Assembly (NCBI GenBank): GCA_963693095.2
Contig: OY843768.1
Location: forward strand, 224,001 to 288,000
Direction of reading: 5' to 3'
Source: Cenarchaeum sp.
Lineage (GTDB): Archaea; Thermoproteota; Nitrososphaeria; Nitrososphaerales; Nitrosopumilaceae
Length of the DNA: 64,000 nucleotides
The notes beneath the pieces are model-generated. The model did not search any database, was not told the DNA's origin, and saw only the letters and a program-made list of their open reading frames with translations. Position numbers and translations under genes: made by a program. The first letter of the stretch is position 1. Each line of letters begins with the position of its first letter. Shown in pieces: positions 59,564-64,000 of the stretch.

Positions 59564-61285
59564 ATTCTCTTATTGATATAGTCAGGTATTCTACAAAATT
59601 GTATATTCATTTTTTTAAGTTCGCTTTGACTCATATTCTTCGATGCGGCGAAGATTATTGCGTCTCTTCCTTTCCTGTGTATTCTTTGACTCATACCTTC
59701 ACTCAACACTGCTGCGTTACTTTGCATATATTTCACATTTGGTTTATATAATAAATAATAATCAATATTTTCATGAGAATAAAATAATCCGTCTTTTCCG
59801 GGTCGTAATTTTGTATTCGTTATAATTACATTGGAAATATAAAGAAGATGAGATGCTAAATCAGAATAATCGGGTAATATTTCTCCAGTGAGCATCTTCT
59901 CCCTGTCTATTGGTTTTCCTAGTGTGTAATATGAAAATGACCCACCAGTACCACTTTTCAATTCTGGCTTTTTAGATTTTGGCATCCCTTTGATCACTCT
60001 GCGCATTCGTTCTGCTGTAATTTTATTGGCATATTTCTCTCGTTCAATTAATATGAATTTTCGATGCCCGTTATCTTCCTTATTTAATGACAACACTGCG
60101 TGTGCTGTTATTCCACTCCCTGCAAAAGAATCCAGTATGATATCATCTGATTCAGTGATCAATCTCAAAAGCGTTTTGATAACTGACACATCTTTTGGGT
60201 TAGGAAAATCGCTCCCTTTTAATATTTCTTGCAATTCCTTTTTTGCTGCCCTCCTATCTTTATATAACACACTTGTTAATACTTGCCCCTCTGTTTCATG
60301 TAAATATCTTTTTAGTGTTGGAACTCTTGTCTCATCATCTCCAAAATATATTTTTTGTTCTGCAATCATTTCTAACATTTTCTTCTTACTTGCAAATCTC
60401 CACCCCCTCGATGGTGTTTTTACTGGTTTTTTTGTTTTAGGGTGTAGAATTTCATAATGTGGTCCTCCTCCGGGTGATGATATGTCGCCTGAAAAAAATA
60501 CTCCTTTTTCGTCGACTTTATTGTAATGTCTGTTTGCCCATTCGGGTTCTGTCCTCTGCACATTTGAATACCATGTTTTCAACTCGGCACTTATTTTTTT
60601 GAAATCGGATTTGTGTTTTTTCTTAAGTTTTTCTACCTGTTTATATACATTATCAATACCCAATTTATTCAATCTCCATTTAGTTTTCAATTCTCTGAGA
60701 TGGTTTTTATTCTTTGCGTAACACAAAATATAATCATGAGACACTGAAAAAAATTTAGAATCGTTTTTTCCTGTTCCTTCCCAAACTAATTCAGCCATAA
60801 AATTATTTTCTCCAAAAATTTCGTCCATTATAATTTTAAGTCGTGCTTGTTCATTATCATCAATTGAAATCAAAATTATCCCAGATTCGGCAAGGAGTTC
60901 TCTGAGTAGTTGAAGTCTGGGCCACATCATACACAGCCATTTATCGTGCCTTTGTATGTCCTCCTCGCCCACAATTTTCCCTAACCAGTCTTTTAGGACT
61001 GGATGATTGACATTATCGTCGTATGACCATCCGCCCCCCCCCCCTGACAAGATCTTTATGGGTATGGCCAGTGTTGTATGGTGGATCAATATAGACACAA
61101 TTAATTTTATTACGGTACTGTGGTAATAGTGCTTTTAATGCGTCAAGATTATCACCGTGAATAATCATGTTGTCGTTGTTGGTGGGATTGCATGATTTTG
61201 CTTTGTCCATAACCAAATTTCTCGGAGGAATTGTTAGATGAAGGCTATGTATGATTTCTTTTCCATAAAACCTAAACTCAGTCAT
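59560..61285 (-). pseudogene. mod: Type III Mod adenine methyltransferase frameshifted at a G11 tract (candidate phase-variable gene)
   Basis: N-part IIHGDNL...YIDPPYNTG and C-part GWSYDDN...HDKWLCMMWPRL...ISIDDNE...LDSFAGSG are in different frames, joined at the C11 run at 61034-61044. Confidence 0.9.
61034..61044 (-). repeat. Poly-G11 simple sequence repeat within mod
   Basis: Eleven consecutive C on the + strand inside an AT-rich gene. Confidence 0.95.
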
Positions 61286-61464
61286 GGTGTGCGTCTCGTT
61301 TTAACGTGGTTGCCTGCCTTCCAGCATGGCATCTTGTATATCCTTGCTTGAACATGTCCGCGAACTGAGGTGGAATCATTTGAGATGCGCTATTTGCTGT
61401 GCTTGGTATTGCTTTTGCTCTAAACACAGGTATGGTGTTGTCTGAGCACATGCCGCCCACGCAA

Positions 61465-62103
61465 TCACGAGGCCGCAGGAGCGGCCTTTATGCCCTCGAC
61501 GACGTCGCGAAAGTCCTCTAGCCTGATCTGCAGCTCGTCGATCGCCGCCGAGAGTATCTGTGAGGGCTCTAGTGCGCCAGTCGACTCTACTGTGAGGAGG
61601 TGCTCGTCATCAGAGTCGCCCTCGGTGAGGACGGCAATGTTTGCCGAGTTCCACTTTGCGTGCTCTGTGCCGCGCCCGAGGCGCGCGTACGCCTCGACCT
61701 TTACCTTTTGGCCAGGCGCGAGCTGGACTATGGGTATCTTGTCAGATGACGGCTTTACGTACGCGTCTTGTGAGGTCATGTCGCCAGAGAGTATCGTGCG
61801 CGTCTCGTCGGCCACCTCGTCGATGACTAGCATGACCCTGTTTGCGGACTCGTTGACGTCGATCTCGCGGATGTTCTTGAACTCTGTGAGGTCTGTCTTT
61901 AGCGGAATTAGGCCCAGGCGGTGCGCGAGCGCCTCGTCTGGCAGCGATGACGTGTTCTCAACGACGTCGACTGCGTCCACGGCAAACACCATGATCCCGT
62001 TGAGGCATATTCTGCGCAGCGCGTTTGCGTACTGGAGGGGGATGCCCTTGAGGCGTGCAGTTGCGCGACCGCCCTCCTCCTCTGCTATCTCTATAGATGC
62101 CAT
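61465..62103 (-). CDS. rpoD: DNA-directed RNA polymerase subunit D (Rpo3)
   Basis: ANALRRI, NTSSLPDE.LAHRLGLIPL, ARLGRGTEHAKW, VESTG. Confidence 0.96.
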   Translation of the reverse strand: MASIEIAEEEGGRATARLKGIPLQYANALRRICLNGIMVFAVDAVDVVENTSSLPDEALAHRLGLIPLKTDLTEFKNIREIDVNESANRVMLVIDEVADETRTILSGDMTSQDAYVKPSSDKIPIVQLAPGQKVKVEAYARLGRGTEHAKWNSANIAVLTEGDSDDEHLLTVESTGALEPSQILSAAIDELQIRLEDFRDVVEGIKAAPAAS

Positions 62104-62413
62104 CTTGCATCCCAAAATGCCCTGATCTCCCCATAAATACCTACTAGGGGCACGCGCGATCCCTGGCGGCATCTGAGGCCCGTGGGGGATCGGGACGGCC
62201 GGCGCGCAGGCCCGGCCACCGCGGCACGCCGCGACGGCACGCGCCGACGAACACCGTGCGGCACCGCGTGGACCGCGGGCCGTGCTGGTGCGATGGGCGC
62301 ATGGGGGTGGAGGCCGTGGCCGAGGCGGTCATGCGCGCGGTCTAGGCGCCGACCTCATGCTGGCAGGTTTGTCCACTGGTTAAATAGACAATTCCGGCGC
62401 CCCCGCCTGTAGA

Positions 62414-64000
62414 ATGTCCGGACAAGCAGGCAAGACAACAAGCGTGTTCCTAATGGCGATCATGGTCGCCGGGGGGCTCACCTTTGCGATTCCCGGCGCG
62501 CCGCCGGCGATTGCCCAGTCGACAAACCCCAACCTCTACGTCTCGGCCGAGAGCGCGGCATTTGGAAACCACTTTTCTGGCCCCCAGGTCGTCGAGGTCG
62601 TCATCATAGACCCGGACCTCGACGAGACCAACGAGTCAAAGGGAGAGCCCGACGTCACGATAAACGGCAGCAGTCTGCGCATGGTCCAGGCGACTGACGG
62701 CAAGTGGTACGCCTACTTTGCCAACAGTGCGCAGGCACTACTGGCCGACGCGACTGCCGACGGCAACGCGGGCCGGGGCCTAGACTTTGGGACCATATGC
62801 GAGGACACCGACGACGCGGATCGCGTCCTTGAGACTGCGCTTGAGGTCAACGCGGGATACTATAACGTCAACACGGGGTACCATGATGCCAACGCGGGAT
62901 ACTTCTCTGACGCCATCGCCGTGGCGTTCCCGTTCGCGCATATGCGGTACACGGTCGCCAGCGGCGGCGCGGCAGGGCCGGCGCTGTCCTCGATATGGGG
63001 GTGCGGCGCAGATGACGTCACCGCCGCTTTCACGGCCGTCCCCCCAGCGCCGCCAACTGCCGCCGGCACGCACAACTATGCCGGCGTGTCGATGAACGTC
63101 GTGCGCGAGCCCAGCGCCATAAACATTGCCACTTACACTTACAATCCCAATTACCCCCACAACAGCTTTGGCCAGAGCATACAGATGGGCGATGTGGAGC
63201 CAAACGCCGAGGCGACAGCCGGGGTCTGGCCGTTCATACAGCTCTTCGACTTCAGCCAGGGCGGCAACGTCGAGGTCCAGTACCGCCGCGGCGGCGGCAT
63301 CCAGTCAGTCACGCTCAACTACGACACGATCGATGACTATGCGTCGCTCTCGCTCCTGGACCGCACGACGTACCCCGGCGGCGGCGCGCAGGTCCGCCTT
63401 GGCATGGCCAACACGTGGCTCAACGTTGACCCCACGGACAAGGACTCGTGGACGTGGGACGTCGAGGGCGGCGGCGTGGGTGGGGTGCTCTACGGTGCTT
63501 TTGACAGGAACGGCGCGCGCCAGGGGGGCGGTGCCGACCTGTCAGGCGAGCTGGCCGGCCTAATGTGCGCCGGCAACTGCGTGCCGGCGTTGGGCAGGGA
63601 CGCCGGCGGCTCCCACGTCCTGTCCCTTGCGGGCGGCACCTCCCTGGTCCTGTCCGGCACGGACGATGCTGCGGCAGCAGACCAGCTGGTCACGGTCACC
63701 GAGACGCAGGATGCCTCGGGCATCTTTGAGGGCACCGTCATATTCCCGCCCGCCGACCAGTCACCCGGCCACCGCCCAGGGGTCGCCAAGGGCGACACGG
63801 TGACGGCGCGCCATGGCGAGCACGCGCTGCCGGGCACTCACGCGCGCAACGACGGGCTCAAGCTCGAGGGCACGACGATATCCGGCACGCTCGTGCCCCT
63901 GCTAGAGAGGGCCGTCGTGAGCAACGTTCGCCTGACTGACAACTCGGGCAACCCGCTTGACACCGTCACCGTCGGCCAGCAGATCCAGGTGGTCGGCCAG
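62414..64000 (+). CDS. S-layer protein paralog, Nitrosopumilus SLP type (runs off the window; not in the ORF track)
   Basis: MSGQAGKTTSVFLMAIMVAGGLTFAIPG...NLYVSAE...GPQVVEVV..DPD...KGEPDVTING..LRMVQATDGKWYAYFA; frame reads open to the window end. Confidence 0.85.
   Translation, partial: MSGQAGKTTSVFLMAIMVAGGLTFAIPGAPPAIAQSTNPNLYVSAESAAFGNHFSGPQVVEVVIIDPDLDETNESKGEPDVTINGSSLRMVQATDGKWYAYFANSAQALLADATADGNAGRGLDFGTICEDTDDADRVLETALEVNAGYYNVNTGYHDANAGYFSDAIAVAFPFAHMRYTVASGGAAGPALSSIWGCGADDVTAAFTAVPPAPPTAAGTHNYAGVSMNVVREPSAINIATYTYNPNYPHNSFGQSIQMGDVEPNAEATAGVWPFIQLFDFSQGGNVEVQYRRGGGIQSVTLNYDTIDDYASLSLLDRTTYPGGGAQVRLGMANTWLNVDPTDKDSWTWDVEGGGVGGVLYGAFDRNGARQGGGADLSGELAGLMCAGNCVPALGRDAGGSHVLSLAGGTSLVLSGTDDAAAADQLVTVTETQDASGIFEGTVIFPPADQSPGHRPGVAKGDTVTARHGEHALPGTHARNDGLKLEGTTISGTLVPLLERAVVSNVRLTDNSGNPLDTVTVGQQIQVVGQ

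Noticed and set aside
56683-61347. TATA(T)CCTTGCT near both edges of the R-M island as att sites
   Set aside because: Short, imperfect, and equally explained as promoter boxes for rpl18e and mod

Overview
Chromosomal segment of a high-GC ammonia-oxidising archaeon (Nitrososphaerota, Nitrosopumilaceae/Cenarchaeum-like; a host-associated lineage is my inference from the GC content, adhesins and IS load). The backbone is housekeeping: nrdJ 3' end, tRNA-Gly/Glu/Leu, rnp4, rps19e, cofE, an ABC exporter, pstSCAB-phoU, folD, purD, PINA ATPase, a DtxR regulator, UbiD, a phosphohexomutase, rpl7ae-rps28e-rpl24e-ndk-infB, two LeuCD/HacAB pairs, rps9-rpl13-rpl18e, rpoD and an S-layer paralog. The accessory content is the most notable part. 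(1) An AT-rich type III R-M island sits between rpoD and rpl18e; its mod gene is frameshifted at a G11 tract just after the DPPY motif, making it a candidate archaeal phase-variable methyltransferase. (2) Two non-autonomous cargo-carrying elements share one architecture (deleted IS + cargo + extra IS end, with target-site duplications): an IS5-derived unit with a 663-aa secreted protein and an IS66-derived unit with a micro-peptide and a 3-TM protein. (3) A ~115-bp IS66-derived MITE family occurs at several sites, including one split by an IS630 and one read into the rnp4 3' end. (4) There is a candidate four-hairpin ncRNA upstream of rpl7ae, a metallothionein-like micro-ORF, an SDR resembling the C-terminal half of malonyl-CoA reductase, and an internally shortened S-layer paralog. 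All calls come from reading the sequence and recalled family motifs; no searches were run.
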